DNA of 64,000 nucleotides. It comes from Minisyncoccota bacterium. GTDB taxonomy: Bacteria > Patescibacteriota > Minisyncoccia > Phycocordibacterales > UBA5272. The translations under genes were made by a program, and so were the position numbers. Below the pieces are notes generated by a model. The model had not been told where the DNA came from and made no database searches. It was given only the letters and a program-made list of their open reading frames with translations. Numbering within the stretch: position 1 is the first letter of the stretch; each line of letters begins with the position of its first letter. Shown here one piece after another: positions 1 through 9,554 of the stretch. The stretch spans positions 47,655-111,654 of the forward strand of contig JAGORG010000003.1 of the NCBI GenBank assembly GCA_018062965.1, given 5' to 3'.

Positions 1-530
1 GCTTCTGCTTGTTTACCAATTACACGTTCGAGATCGGTTGGTAGACTTACATCTTTTAGTTCAACATTTTGAACCTTGAGACCCCATGAAGTGGTTTCGC
101 TGTCTACGATTTCGCGGATACGATCTGCGATTTTGTCTCGTGAAGCGAGAAGTTCATCTAGTGTTACTTCTCCAACAATGTTTCGCATTGTAGTTTGAGC
201 ATACTGAAAAATCGCATACTTGTAGTCCTCAACTTCAAGAATAGCTTTCATTGCGTCGCTTATCTTGTAGTAGATAACCGCGTTTACGGTTATGGAGACA
301 TTGTCTCGAGTGATAGCCTTTTGGTCTGGGACATCAACTGCCTTGGTACGGATATCTACTTTTTGAGAACTTTGAATGATTGGCCAAACGAGTCGCCAGC
401 CTGGTTCCATAACTCCAGTAAACTTTCCAAACGTAAATTTGATACCGCGTTGGTATTGGTTTACCTGGCGGATACTGATAATCACAATAAATAGAGCAAA
501 GAATGCAAGAAACGTAAGTATAAAAGCCAT
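1..530 (-). CDS. SPFH/band-7 (stomatin/prohibitin-like) domain protein, partial. Start ATG at 528-530; C-terminus beyond left edge.
   Basis: Minus-strand translation from 530 gives MAFILTFLAFFALFIVIISIRQVNQYQRGIKFTFGKFTGVMEPGWRLVWP...RDNVSITVNAVIYYKISD...EVTLDELLASRDKIADRIRE. N-terminal TM helix plus stomatin-like motifs. Open to position 1 with no stop, so absent from the ORF track. Confidence 0.6.
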   Translation of the reverse strand, partial: MAFILTFLAFFALFIVIISIRQVNQYQRGIKFTFGKFTGVMEPGWRLVWPIIQSSQKVDIRTKAVDVPDQKAITRDNVSITVNAVIYYKISDAMKAILEVEDYKYAIFQYAQTTMRNIVGEVTLDELLASRDKIADRIREIVDSETTSWGLKVQNVELKDVSLPTDLERVIGKQAE

Positions 531-622
531 GAATGTGTTTATATATTACTTGATAAAGACTGCACCCAGTATATCCCACATGGAAAAGATGTGCTTATCG
601 AGAAAATGATATACTGCATAGC

Positions 623-1183
623 ATGACAACAGCAACAAAAATAGCTTTAGGAGCACTACTTATCGGAGCACTAGCAGTCGGCGGGTATTACTATCAAGCG
701 GACACTTCTATGCCGCAGGAAAACGAACAAGTATCAACAACTACTCCAACCACACAAGGAGAATCTCAAGGAAAGAAGGTGGCATTTTCTCAACTTGCTC
801 AACAGGGTGGCACATACAAATGTACCGTAAACCAAAATGTTGGGACCATAACTACCCAGGGAACTGTGTACTTGGACAAGGCGCTTATTCGAGGTGAAAT
901 GAAAGCAGATATTGGAAATGGAAAACTAATAGACATTACATTTATCATGCGTGATGGAACAACATATCTATGGAACTCAATGACTCCAGGTATGGGTTTC
1001 AAAGTTAAAAATGACGCACATGTACAAGTTGGATCAACGAGTGCTCAGCTTTCTGGTAACATCCAAGCATCATCTCCAAATACATATCTTGAAAACATAG
1101 GTGACTATACCTGTGAAGCGTGGACAGGGGATGCTTCAAAATTCACTGTTCCAACAAACATAACATTCCAAGCAATGAATTAA
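623..1183 (+). CDS. Hypothetical membrane-anchored/secreted protein (N-terminal TM/signal, Thr/Gln-rich linker, 2 Cys).
   Basis: ORF with hydrophobic N-terminus MTTATKIALGALLIGALAVGG. Followed by an intrinsic terminator. Confidence 0.45.
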   Translation: MTTATKIALGALLIGALAVGGYYYQADTSMPQENEQVSTTTPTTQGESQGKKVAFSQLAQQGGTYKCTVNQNVGTITTQGTVYLDKALIRGEMKADIGNGKLIDITFIMRDGTTYLWNSMTPGMGFKVKNDAHVQVGSTSAQLSGNIQASSPNTYLENIGDYTCEAWTGDASKFTVPTNITFQAMN

Positions 1184-1185
1184 CC

Positions 1186-1216
1186 GAAAAAGAGCTGCAC
1201 ATGTGCAGCTCTTTAC
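1186..1216 (+). terminator. Rho-independent terminator
   Basis: AGAGCTGCAC-ATGTGCAGCTCT hairpin followed by a T-run, directly after the stop of the 623..1183 gene. Confidence 0.5.
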
Positions 1217-1255
1217 ATATTTCATTTTTCGTTATCTTGTGATATACTGGAGCAT

Positions 1256-1999
1256 ATGTCACATAATCTTTACTTATACGGAAAGAACCCGCTTGAAGAA
1301 GCAATAAACGTACACAAGCCAGAACTCATAGAAACTATCTATCTCACCCCGCAAGCAGAAGAAGACGGTAAGCTTATTGGTCTTCTCCAAAAAAACAATA
1401 TCAAACATGAGCGAGTCACCATGCAGGAAATAGACTCGATGGTTGGACGCGATGTAACCCACCAAGGCGTTTGCGCACTCCTTAATGAACGCAAAGTCTA
1501 CACACCACTTGAAGAAGTGCTCCGGAAGGCTAAAAATAGCCCTACACGACCACTTTTTGTGCTTTTAGATGAACTACAGGACCCTCACAATGTAGGAGCA
1601 ATTATACGTTCTGCAGCCGCGTTTGGCGCAACTGCAATACTCATGCCAGAGCATGATCAGGTTCAGGTGACTGGAACGGTTATCAAGACCTCAGCTGGGG
1701 CAGTTTTTTCTGTTCCGATTGCTCATATCGGCAACATCAACACAACACTGAAGAATCTGAAGAAAGAAGGGTTCTGGGCATACGCACTCACAGGAGACGG
1801 AGATACCAACCTACACACAACGACATTTGATACCGACACGGTTGTCGTTGTTGGTGCTGAAGGACAAGGTATCAAACCAAAGACACTTGAAGCGTGCGAC
1901 TTTAAACTTTCTATACCAATAGACAAGCGTGTTGAATCACTCAACGCATCAAATGCGGTTGCTGTAACTCTTTATGAATGGAACAAGCAACAGCGATAA
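1256..1999 (+). CDS. rlmB: TrmH/SpoU-family RNA 2'-O-methyltransferase (RlmB-like, 23S rRNA Gm2251)
   Basis: SPOUT motifs: LLDELQDPHNVGAIIRSAAAFGA, VVGAEGQGI, LNASNAVAVTLYE. Confidence 0.7.
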   Translation: MSHNLYLYGKNPLEEAINVHKPELIETIYLTPQAEEDGKLIGLLQKNNIKHERVTMQEIDSMVGRDVTHQGVCALLNERKVYTPLEEVLRKAKNSPTRPLFVLLDELQDPHNVGAIIRSAAAFGATAILMPEHDQVQVTGTVIKTSAGAVFSVPIAHIGNINTTLKNLKKEGFWAYALTGDGDTNLHTTTFDTDTVVVVGAEGQGIKPKTLEACDFKLSIPIDKRVESLNASNAVAVTLYEWNKQQR

Positions 2000-3248
2000 C
2001 AACGTCTTTGATGTTGTAGTCATCGGTGGCGGAGCGTCCGGCATGATGGCAGCAGGAAAAGCAGCAGAGCTCGGCAAACGAGTTCTTTTGGTTGAGAAAA
2101 ACACACAGCTCGGCAAAAAACTTCTCATCACCGGAGGAGGAAGATGTAACATAACAAATAACAAGCAAGATGACCGCACAATGCTTGCTAACTACAAAGG
2201 AAATGACAAGTTTCTCTTTTCTGCTTTTTCACAGTGGAATGTAACTGATACATTAGCGTTTTTCGAAAAGCGAGGGGTACCCACAAAAGAAGAGAACAAT
2301 GGACGAATGTTCCCAGTTTCAAATAAAGCTGAATCTGTTTATGATGCGCTCTATGAATACATGAAAGAAGGGGGTGTGACGATACGCAAAAGCACTATCG
2401 TATCAGGTATTAAAAAAGACAAAGCAAGTAATACATTTCACATAGTTACCAAAAGTGGCAACACTCTCTACGCTAAACATGTGATCGTTGCAACAGGGGG
2501 GACATCTCGCCCCGAAACCGGATCAACGGGAGAAGGGTTTCAGTGGCTTAAAAAGCTTGGACATACGATTATAGAAAATGACTTTGCACTCGTTCCTATC
2601 GCCCTCACTGATACATGGGTCAAAAAGATAAGCGGGGTATCAATTGACGAGATCAAGCTCACTACATACTTGCACGACCAGACACGACTAGTAAAGCAAG
2701 ATACCTACAAAGGAAAGATACTGTTTACACATGTCGGCATCAGCGGACCAACAGTTCTCAACATGAGTAAAGATGTAGGTGAACTGCTCAAGTATGGTGA
2801 TGTAACTATTGGTATCGACCTTTTCCCAAGCAAAGACATGGGTAAACTAAAGCAAGAACTGCAGAACATTTTAGTACTTCACAGTAATAAGAAAATAAAA
2901 AATGTTTTAGGAATATTTGCTCCATCAGCACTTGTTAGTCCACTTCTTGAGCTCACAAACATAGACGGTGAAACATTTTGTCACAGCGTTCGCAGTGAAG
3001 AACGTGTACGTATCATCGAAGTAGCTAAAGATATACAACTACATGTTAGCGGTCTCCTAGGAAAGGATAAAGCAATCGTTTCTTCAGGTGGTGTACCACT
3101 TACAGAAGTAGACACAAAAACTATGGAATCACTTGTTGTTGAGGGACTCTATGTTATTGGAGATACACTCAATATCGATAGACCATCAGGAGGATACAGT
3201 CTGCAACTATGTTGGACAACAGGAGTAGTAGCGGGAACACACTGCTAA
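1974..3248 (+). CDS. HI0933-family FAD-dependent flavoprotein (BaiN/aminoacetone-oxidase family)
   Basis: N-terminal Rossmann DVVVIGGGASGMMAA, LITGGGRCNITN, C-terminal GDTLNIDRPSGGYSLQ. Overlaps the upstream gene by 26 nt. Confidence 0.7.
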   Translation: MNGTSNSDNNVFDVVVIGGGASGMMAAGKAAELGKRVLLVEKNTQLGKKLLITGGGRCNITNNKQDDRTMLANYKGNDKFLFSAFSQWNVTDTLAFFEKRGVPTKEENNGRMFPVSNKAESVYDALYEYMKEGGVTIRKSTIVSGIKKDKASNTFHIVTKSGNTLYAKHVIVATGGTSRPETGSTGEGFQWLKKLGHTIIENDFALVPIALTDTWVKKISGVSIDEIKLTTYLHDQTRLVKQDTYKGKILFTHVGISGPTVLNMSKDVGELLKYGDVTIGIDLFPSKDMGKLKQELQNILVLHSNKKIKNVLGIFAPSALVSPLLELTNIDGETFCHSVRSEERVRIIEVAKDIQLHVSGLLGKDKAIVSSGGVPLTEVDTKTMESLVVEGLYVIGDTLNIDRPSGGYSLQLCWTTGVVAGTHC

Positions 3249-3297
3249 AAGTATATAAGAAAAGAACCGCGCCTACGGCGCGGTTCTTTTCTGTCTC

Positions 3298-6200
3298 TTA
3301 CTTTAAGTGTGCAAACTTTTTCCCAGGATACCTGTAGAAAAATACTGGAATAAGCACAAGCGTGAGAATCATCGCAAACGAAAGACCAAACATAATAGCA
3401 AATGCAAGCGGCCCCCAAAGAGCTGATACTCCCGCAAGAGGAATCATACCTACTACAGTGGTTACTGTCGTTAGGAAGATTGGTCGAAGACGAATCGCTG
3501 ACGCGTCAACGATAACATCTCGCAAACTTCGAGAGCTGTGTCCAGCTTCTAATTCTTCTTTTTCATGATCAAGTCTATGCAAGATAGAATCCAGGAGAAT
3601 AATCGCGTGGTTAATAATAACCCCAGCCAAAGCAATCAACCCAAGCATAGATGAGAATGATAGCGCCTGACCAGTGAGCGTGAGCCCTCCAAGAACTCCA
3701 ATAAGTGAAAGCGGAATAGTAAACAGAAGATAAAACGCATATCGGAATGAGTTAAACTCAAGAACCAAAATCGCAAGCATTCCCGCCATACCAGCCAAGA
3801 GAGCTAGTCCCATTTCGGTAAAAGTCTTGTTGATTTCTTCGTTGTCTCCACCATACTTTGCTGTAACTGTAGATGGTAGCCCAAGTTCTGCTTCACGTTT
3901 TTGGAATTCAGATGTAATCTTGAGCGCGTTTCCGGTTGATGTAACTTTACTTGAAACAGTCGCGATACGTTTTCGGTCTTCGTGGTCTATAACCGCACGA
4001 GATTCTGAAAGCTTTGTTTCAATAATTGAACCGAGCAAGATTGTTCCTGTTGGGGTTGCAACAGGGATACCTTTAATACTATCTAGGTTTGTGCGGATAG
4101 TGTCTTCTGGATTAACAAAGTCTGAGTTAAGATCTGCTTTTACGATAATATCGATATCAGTTCCTGACTTTGTTATGGTTGTTGCAGTCACACCAGAAAC
4201 AGCCGTGCGGAGAAGTTGAGCAACAGATGCTGTCGAAAGTCCTGCCGCTTGCGCCTTTGCGCGGTCAACCTGAATTTCAAACTGTGTTCCATCATCACGA
4301 AGAGATGTGGTGACGTCTTGTGTGCCTTCAATTGTTGCAAGCAGTGTCTCTGCTTTACTTGCTGCAGCAGTGAGGTCTTCCATGTTGTCTCCCATGAATT
4401 TAATAACAACAGGATCTCCGCTTGGCGGTCCGTTGTTTGCTTGTCCAACTTTTACAACTGCTGATGTTACAGGAGACAAATCTGCTCGCAGTTTTTCAAC
4501 AATCTCTGTCGATGTAAGTTCACGCTCTTTTGGAAGCATAACAGTTATGTTTGCAAGCTTTCCTCCAGATCCACCACCTGTACCACTTAACGCAGAACTT
4601 GCACCAACCGTAGTAACAAATGACGCAACATATGGTGATGTATACAGTATTTCTTCAACCTCACGAACGGACAAGTCAGTCACTGCAAGCGGTGTACCTT
4701 GCGTTCGTTCAACAGAAACAATAACAAAGTCTTGATCGTCCTGTGGGAAAAATGCAACTTCAAGCAACCCAGAGATAGGGAGTGCAATAGCCAAGAAGAA
4801 CCCAAGCCCAAGCGAAGCGAGGAATCTGTTTTGTGTTTTTCTGCTGTCCAAAATCCTACCCAAAAAGTTTTTGTACCAGGTCTGAGCTTTTTCTGACCAC
4901 TCTTCTTGAATGTCTTCAAATCTACTCTTGTGTTCTTTTGTGAGAAGTACAGCAAGAAGCGGAACAAACCCAAGTGCTACGACAATCGACGCGAGCAAAA
5001 CGAAGATAATCGTAAATGGAATTGATGAAATAAACTTACCAACGATACCAGAGAGGAAAAAAAGTGGTGCAAATACCGCAACCGTTGTCATAGTTCCTGC
5101 GATCAGTGGCCAAGCATACTCTTTGATAGAAGCAACAGCAGCACCTTCAGCGCCACCAAACTTTTTCATACGCGTATGGATAGCTTCTGCAACCACAATA
5201 CCCGAGTCAACCAAAATACCAATCGCAAGAATAAGCGAAAAGAGGGACATGAAGTTGATTGTGTTTCCCGAAAGATACAACCCAGTAAACGCAATCACAA
5301 ATGAAAGGGGAATAGAGAGTCCGGCGACGAGAGCTTCACGCCATCCAATGGTAAGCAAAAGCATAAGCATCACAAGAACTACTGTTTCAAAACCAACACG
5401 TGTAAGCTCGCGCAAATCTTTCTTTACCAGCTCTCCTGTGTCATACGTGATAACAACTTGTGCACCGGCAAGACTTGTTGCTTTGAGTTCGTCAATCTTT
5501 GCACGTACATCTTCTGCTATTTTTGTCACGTCTCCTCCTGACTTTTTGTAAATGTTAAGTGTAAGAGCGTTTTCTGAAGGAACACCATCCACAGAAACAC
5601 GAGAAAACGTAGACGGAGCAGCAAGCCCATCAGCAATAAAAGCAATATCTCGAAGATAAATCGGTACACCACTTGCACTTTGGATGGTAATATCGGGAAT
5701 CTGCGTCGCGTCTTCAATAGAGCCAGCAAACTTTATCGGGTAGTCAATATCAGCTACGGTTATGTTACCGATTGGAAACGATGCATTCGCACCTTGAATC
5801 GCACCTACAACCTGATTAAGAGATAGACCATATTTTGCAAGCTCATCTTTACGCACCACCACTTGAACCTCACGCTTACGTGTTCCAGAAATCTCAACTT
5901 TTGAAACCCCGTCAACTTTTTTAATTTCTTTTTCAAGCTCTTCACCAAGCGCTGTGAGTCCAGCAGGGGAAAGGTCTTGAGAAATAGAAAGGAGTAGCAT
6001 CGGCTGATCTGCGAAGTTGATCTTTGAAACAAAAGGATCAGTCGCATCTGTTGGGAGTTCTCCCTTTACACGGTCAACAGCGTCTTTTAGATTTTGAATC
6101 GACTTATCGATATCAGCGCTCGCAATAAACTGCGCCGTAATAACAGAAACACCTTCACGAGAAGACGATGTCACCTTGTCGATTCCTTCAATGTTTGCGA

Positions 6201-6414
6201 TTTCACTTTCTAGCTTGTCAGTGATAAGTTTTTCAGTGTCTTCCGCAGAAGCCCCGCGAAGAACTGTAGAAACGATACCCATAGGAATAATAACTTCAGG
6301 TGAAGATTCTTTTGGAATTGCAATGAGTGAGTACAGCCCTGTAAGGGTGAGTACGATCATGAGCAAATACGTAAACGCGCGCTTTTTTAGAAAAAATATC
6401 CAGAGATTATGCAT
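3298..6414 (-). CDS. RND-family efflux transporter permease (AcrB-like, 12-TM with two large periplasmic loops)
   Basis: 1038 aa. AcrB-like architecture with repeated TM bundles and a Gly-rich GGGSGG loop. Confidence 0.8.
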   Translation of the reverse strand: MHNLWIFFLKKRAFTYLLMIVLTLTGLYSLIAIPKESSPEVIIPMGIVSTVLRGASAEDTEKLITDKLESEIANIEGIDKVTSSSREGVSVITAQFIASADIDKSIQNLKDAVDRVKGELPTDATDPFVSKINFADQPMLLLSISQDLSPAGLTALGEELEKEIKKVDGVSKVEISGTRKREVQVVVRKDELAKYGLSLNQVVGAIQGANASFPIGNITVADIDYPIKFAGSIEDATQIPDITIQSASGVPIYLRDIAFIADGLAAPSTFSRVSVDGVPSENALTLNIYKKSGGDVTKIAEDVRAKIDELKATSLAGAQVVITYDTGELVKKDLRELTRVGFETVVLVMLMLLLTIGWREALVAGLSIPLSFVIAFTGLYLSGNTINFMSLFSLILAIGILVDSGIVVAEAIHTRMKKFGGAEGAAVASIKEYAWPLIAGTMTTVAVFAPLFFLSGIVGKFISSIPFTIIFVLLASIVVALGFVPLLAVLLTKEHKSRFEDIQEEWSEKAQTWYKNFLGRILDSRKTQNRFLASLGLGFFLAIALPISGLLEVAFFPQDDQDFVIVSVERTQGTPLAVTDLSVREVEEILYTSPYVASFVTTVGASSALSGTGGGSGGKLANITVMLPKERELTSTEIVEKLRADLSPVTSAVVKVGQANNGPPSGDPVVIKFMGDNMEDLTAAASKAETLLATIEGTQDVTTSLRDDGTQFEIQVDRAKAQAAGLSTASVAQLLRTAVSGVTATTITKSGTDIDIIVKADLNSDFVNPEDTIRTNLDSIKGIPVATPTGTILLGSIIETKLSESRAVIDHEDRKRIATVSSKVTSTGNALKITSEFQKREAELGLPSTVTAKYGGDNEEINKTFTEMGLALLAGMAGMLAILVLEFNSFRYAFYLLFTIPLSLIGVLGGLTLTGQALSFSSMLGLIALAGVIINHAIILLDSILHRLDHEKEELEAGHSSRSLRDVIVDASAIRLRPIFLTTVTTVVGMIPLAGVSALWGPLAFAIMFGLSFAMILTLVLIPVFFYRYPGKKFAHLK

Positions 6415-6441
6415 ATACGGTTACAAATAGGGGGTTAGTAG

Positions 6442-8061
6442 TTAATTTTCTTTTACTGTAACAGTCATGCCATCTTTAAGTCCTCGGGCATCGGTTACGA
6501 TTGTCTCACTTCCGTCCAAACCTGAAAGAATCTGTATCTCTTCTCCCAAAATAGCTCCTTCCTTAACTGAAATTGATACAAGTGCACTTGAAGTAGAAAC
6601 ACTGAAAACAAAAGCCCCGTTTGGTGTCAGCTTGAGAGCTGACAGAGGAATCTTTATTGGTCCACCTGTCGATGTTACAACTTGCTTGCTTTTTGTGATG
6701 TTCATTCTCACTGATTGACCATTAACAAGGCTGGCTGTCTTTTCTGTAATACCAACACGAACCTCAATCTTTTTAGTGCGAGGATCGATAGCAGAAGCGA
6801 TGCGAGTGATAACACCTTTAACAGCATTATCTATCATCACTTCGTTTCCAGCTGCGATACGGCGTGCGTCATCTTCTGTTACATATGACACAACTTCGAG
6901 AGCTCCGTTGTTTGAAACAACCGCAACTTCTGTGAATGCAGAAATAAAATCTCCAGTTTCAATTGACAGCGAATTAAGGGTTCCTGTAATAGGACTTCTG
7001 ATAATTGTTTTTTCAAGACGTGATAGGGCGGCATTGTAGCTACCGAGCGCTTGCTTTACTTGAGCTTCTGATGTTGCTAGCCCGCCACTTACTGCTTCAT
7101 AATTAACTCCAGCAACTTGAGATGCTGTGTCAGCTGCGTTAAGACTGTTACGAGTTGCTGCAATAGCAGATAGAGAACCGTTTACTGCACTACGAGCGCC
7201 ATTGATAGATGCTTTTGAGGCTTCTATCTGAGTTTGTGAAAACTTCGTATCCGCAAGAGCTTTTGCAAGTGCTAGAGACACGTCATCAAGGAATGATTTT
7301 ACTGCTTTTGCTTCTGCTTCTAGTGCAGTTAACTCTATAGTTACATCACTTGATGCAGTGAGAGAACCATTTTTTGATGAACGGTTCTTGAGAAGTGTTT
7401 CAAGCTCTACACGTTTTTGCTCAATACGAAGTGTGAGCGCAGAGTCAGGAGTATTTACACTAAAGCGTGGTTGAGCTGTCTGAGGGTCAACAAAAAGTGG
7501 GTCTGTTTTTACGCGTACAGAATCATCAAGGGTTGTATATACAGATAGTATTGTGTTTACCGCAGCAGATTTACTTTCTGAAAGAGAAACCGTTGCAGAT
7601 CCTTGGTTGATACGGGCAAGGTCTCGAGCAGCTTTAGCAGCGTCGTACGCTCCTTCAGCCTGAAGCACGCTTGCGCGTTCGCCAGAGTTTTCAAATTCTG
7701 CAATAACCTGACCAGCTACAACAGTGTCTCCAAGTTGCTTGTACACACGTGTAAGTTTGCCCGATGATTCAGATCGTATAGTTGCTTCACTCACTGACGT
7801 AACAGTACCAAGAAGCGGGAGACCTGAGTCGTTATTTGCAAGCTCTGAAACAGGAGCAACTGTGACTGTTCTAGTTGTTGCAACTGTTTCTTCTTGGGTA
7901 ACAGCATCTCCGCCAAGCAGTTTACCGATAAGCACAATGACAACAAGTAGTCCTACACCAATACCAACTTGCTTTGTGCGAGACTGTTCTTTGTACCATG
8001 CCCAGGCTTGGTTTTTGATGTCTTTACTGTCGTTAATAATTTTTACTATGTGTCTATTCAT
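6442..8061 (-). CDS. Efflux RND periplasmic adaptor (membrane fusion protein, HlyD-like) with extended coiled coil
   Basis: N-terminal TM, long alpha-helical hairpin region, beta-barrel/lipoyl-like C-terminal part. Sits immediately upstream of the RND pump. Confidence 0.7.
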   Translation of the reverse strand: MNRHIVKIINDSKDIKNQAWAWYKEQSRTKQVGIGVGLLVVIVLIGKLLGGDAVTQEETVATTRTVTVAPVSELANNDSGLPLLGTVTSVSEATIRSESSGKLTRVYKQLGDTVVAGQVIAEFENSGERASVLQAEGAYDAAKAARDLARINQGSATVSLSESKSAAVNTILSVYTTLDDSVRVKTDPLFVDPQTAQPRFSVNTPDSALTLRIEQKRVELETLLKNRSSKNGSLTASSDVTIELTALEAEAKAVKSFLDDVSLALAKALADTKFSQTQIEASKASINGARSAVNGSLSAIAATRNSLNAADTASQVAGVNYEAVSGGLATSEAQVKQALGSYNAALSRLEKTIIRSPITGTLNSLSIETGDFISAFTEVAVVSNNGALEVVSYVTEDDARRIAAGNEVMIDNAVKGVITRIASAIDPRTKKIEVRVGITEKTASLVNGQSVRMNITKSKQVVTSTGGPIKIPLSALKLTPNGAFVFSVSTSSALVSISVKEGAILGEEIQILSGLDGSETIVTDARGLKDGMTVTVKEN

Positions 8062-8082
8062 ATATATTTCTTATTTTTATAA

Positions 8083-8553
8083 TTACTTCTTGGTAAGAAG
8101 ATAGGTGAGTACGTTTGAGAAGTTTTTCATAATATTTGCACGATCTTTTTCTTTAATACAAGCAAATGTTGTTTCTAGTTCTTTTTCTATATATTTTGAA
8201 GCTTGTTTAAAGGCTTTGGTCCCAAGCGAGGTGATACTAATAATATGTTTTCTTCGGTTTTGTTTGTCTTCTTCTCGTTTGAGATATCCGAGAGTAACGA
8301 GAGTGGAAATATGTCTTGAAACAGTCGCTTCTGTTAAGTAAAGCCGCTCGGCAATAACTGATTGAGAGACAGGCTCATGAGAGGAGCAGTGGAACCCAAC
8401 CAATATCATGAACTGAGAAAATGAAAGGCTCTTTTTTTCAGCGAGAAGCGCTTCGAGGCGTTTCTGTACCAAAAAGTACATTTGGTGCATGCTGTACATG
8501 AAGCTTTTTGAGAAATCTTGCATCTCAGGCATCGGGGCACAATGAGTATTCAT
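8083..8553 (-). CDS. MarR-family transcriptional regulator (first gene of marR-MFP-RND operon)
   Basis: Winged-HTH LTEATVSRHISTLVTLGYLKREEDKQNRRKHIISITSLG. ORF-track start is TTG at 8559; first ATG is at 8553, with TATACT 7 nt upstream (near-leaderless). Confidence 0.7.
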   Translation of the reverse strand: MNTHCAPMPEMQDFSKSFMYSMHQMYFLVQKRLEALLAEKKSLSFSQFMILVGFHCSSHEPVSQSVIAERLYLTEATVSRHISTLVTLGYLKREEDKQNRRKHIISITSLGTKAFKQASKYIEKELETTFACIKEKDRANIMKNFSNVLTYLLTKK

Positions 8554-8604
8554 AGGCAATAGTATATATGATTATGGAACTGTTAGCAAACTAAGTGTTG
8601 TGTA

Positions 8605-8630
8605 TAAAAAACCACCCATTCACATGGGCA
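8605..8630 (-). terminator. Intrinsic terminator after the 8647..8961 gene
   Basis: CCCAT-TCAC-ATGGG hairpin flanked by an A6 run on plus, which is a T-run on minus. Confidence 0.4.
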
Positions 8631-8646
8631 GTTGCTGGTTATGTAC

Positions 8647-8961
8647 TTAACGAGTCTTCAAAAACTCTTCGTATGTATATTTCTTTATTTCTGGATATTC
8701 CGCGTAGACATAGACCGTATAACCTTTTGCCGCAAGGTTATGACCAACATGGTGCAGGTCACTTGAAAAGAAAGCTTCTTTACTGTTGGACTTGTAGATT
8801 CTGTACTTGTAGATCCCGGCAGGGCTTTTTTCAAAAGCAACAAGAACAACAACTTCATTTTTCTCATCAATGAGATCTTGAATTCTTCTAGGAACATCTC
8901 TGAGAAAATCTTCCTCTCGCGGAATAGAACCTGTATAGGCTGGCATCATGATATGGCTCAC
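8647..8961 (-). CDS. Hypothetical 104-aa protein
   Basis: ORF only; no recognisable motif. Confidence 0.4.
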   Translation of the reverse strand: MSHIMMPAYTGSIPREEDFLRDVPRRIQDLIDEKNEVVVLVAFEKSPAGIYKYRIYKSNSKEAFFSSDLHHVGHNLAAKGYTVYVYAEYPEIKKYTYEEFLKTR

Positions 8962-9311
8962 TTTCTGTAAAGGGCAGGGTTTAGGTCAAATCCTAGCACT
9001 TTCAAATCTAGGGTCAAGTCATGAGGTCGGTCCAAGACCAAAGTTAGTAAGGCAGTGTTATTTTTTAATTTATATATTTTGAGAAAAAGGGTTTTAGCTT
9101 TTGATGTGAGGTCACCAGGGTGGTGCAGACTTACTACAACTTAAGTGCGCATCTATACAACAATAATATTCCAACCTCTCATTTGTCTTTATTTGGCAGG
9201 GGTTTGATTATATGCCAATGTCGCACAATATATCTTTTACGACTACCTATTCCTATCCACAGTCAGGGGCTTATAGATTAGTCTATTGTTGGACAACCTC
9301 TTGAGGTAACT

Positions 9312-9479
9312 ATGAAGACCGCCGTTCTTTCGCACAAACTTCTGATGAACGTCCTTGGCAATCCACGAACTTCGGTTCATATAGAAAGCCAAGGAAGACA
9401 ACTAGCACTTCCGATACTTGGTAATCCTCGACACTCGGTTCGTATCCGAGACGGCAAGGCTTCCTATGTACACAAATAA
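9312..9479 (+). CDS. 55-aa small ORF with internal tandem peptide repeat (alternatively a structured sRNA)
   Basis: GAGGT 5 nt upstream of ATG. Translation MKTAVLSHKLLMNVLGNPRTSVHIESQGRQLALPILGNPRHSVRIRDGKASYVHK. The DNA consists of two hairpin-forming repeat units. Terminator immediately downstream. Not in the ORF track (<60 aa). Confidence 0.3.
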   Translation: MKTAVLSHKLLMNVLGNPRTSVHIESQGRQLALPILGNPRHSVRIRDGKASYVHK

Positions 9480-9483
9480 CACC

Positions 9484-9506
9484 AACCACCTTCGGGTGGT
9501 TTTTTA
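9484..9506 (+). terminator. Rho-independent terminator (ACCACC-TTCG-GGTGGT + T5)
   Basis: Perfect 6-bp GC-rich stem, UUCG tetraloop, T-run. A second GGGG/CCCC hairpin lies at 9507-9531. Confidence 0.6.
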
Positions 9507-9554
9507 CTAGGGGACTTGCCCCCTGCTCTAGTTCTAGAAATATTTCAAAAACTC

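Noticed and set aside
195-609. ORF-track ORFs 195..494(+), 334..579(-), 376..609(+).
   Set aside because: They lie inside or antisense to the well-supported SPFH/band-7 gene (1..530, minus) and are low-complexity. Treated as spurious.
3362-6430. Multiple ORF-track ORFs (for example 3827..4219+, 4307..4735+, 4910..5551+) inside the RND pump gene.
   Set aside because: Antisense or alternative frames of a 1038-aa gene with clear family identity; no independent signals.
8975-9040. GGTCAAATCC-like word suggesting a tRNA T-loop.
   Set aside because: Cloverleaf cannot be completed on either strand.
9290-9480. Hairpin-repeat region as a tRNA or tmRNA (CTCGG-TTCGTAT-CCGAG resembles a T-arm).
   Set aside because: No acceptor stem partner (TTGCCGT) about 70 nt upstream, no CCA-compatible 3' end, T-loop lacks the conserved A58; the other hairpin has a 4-nt loop.
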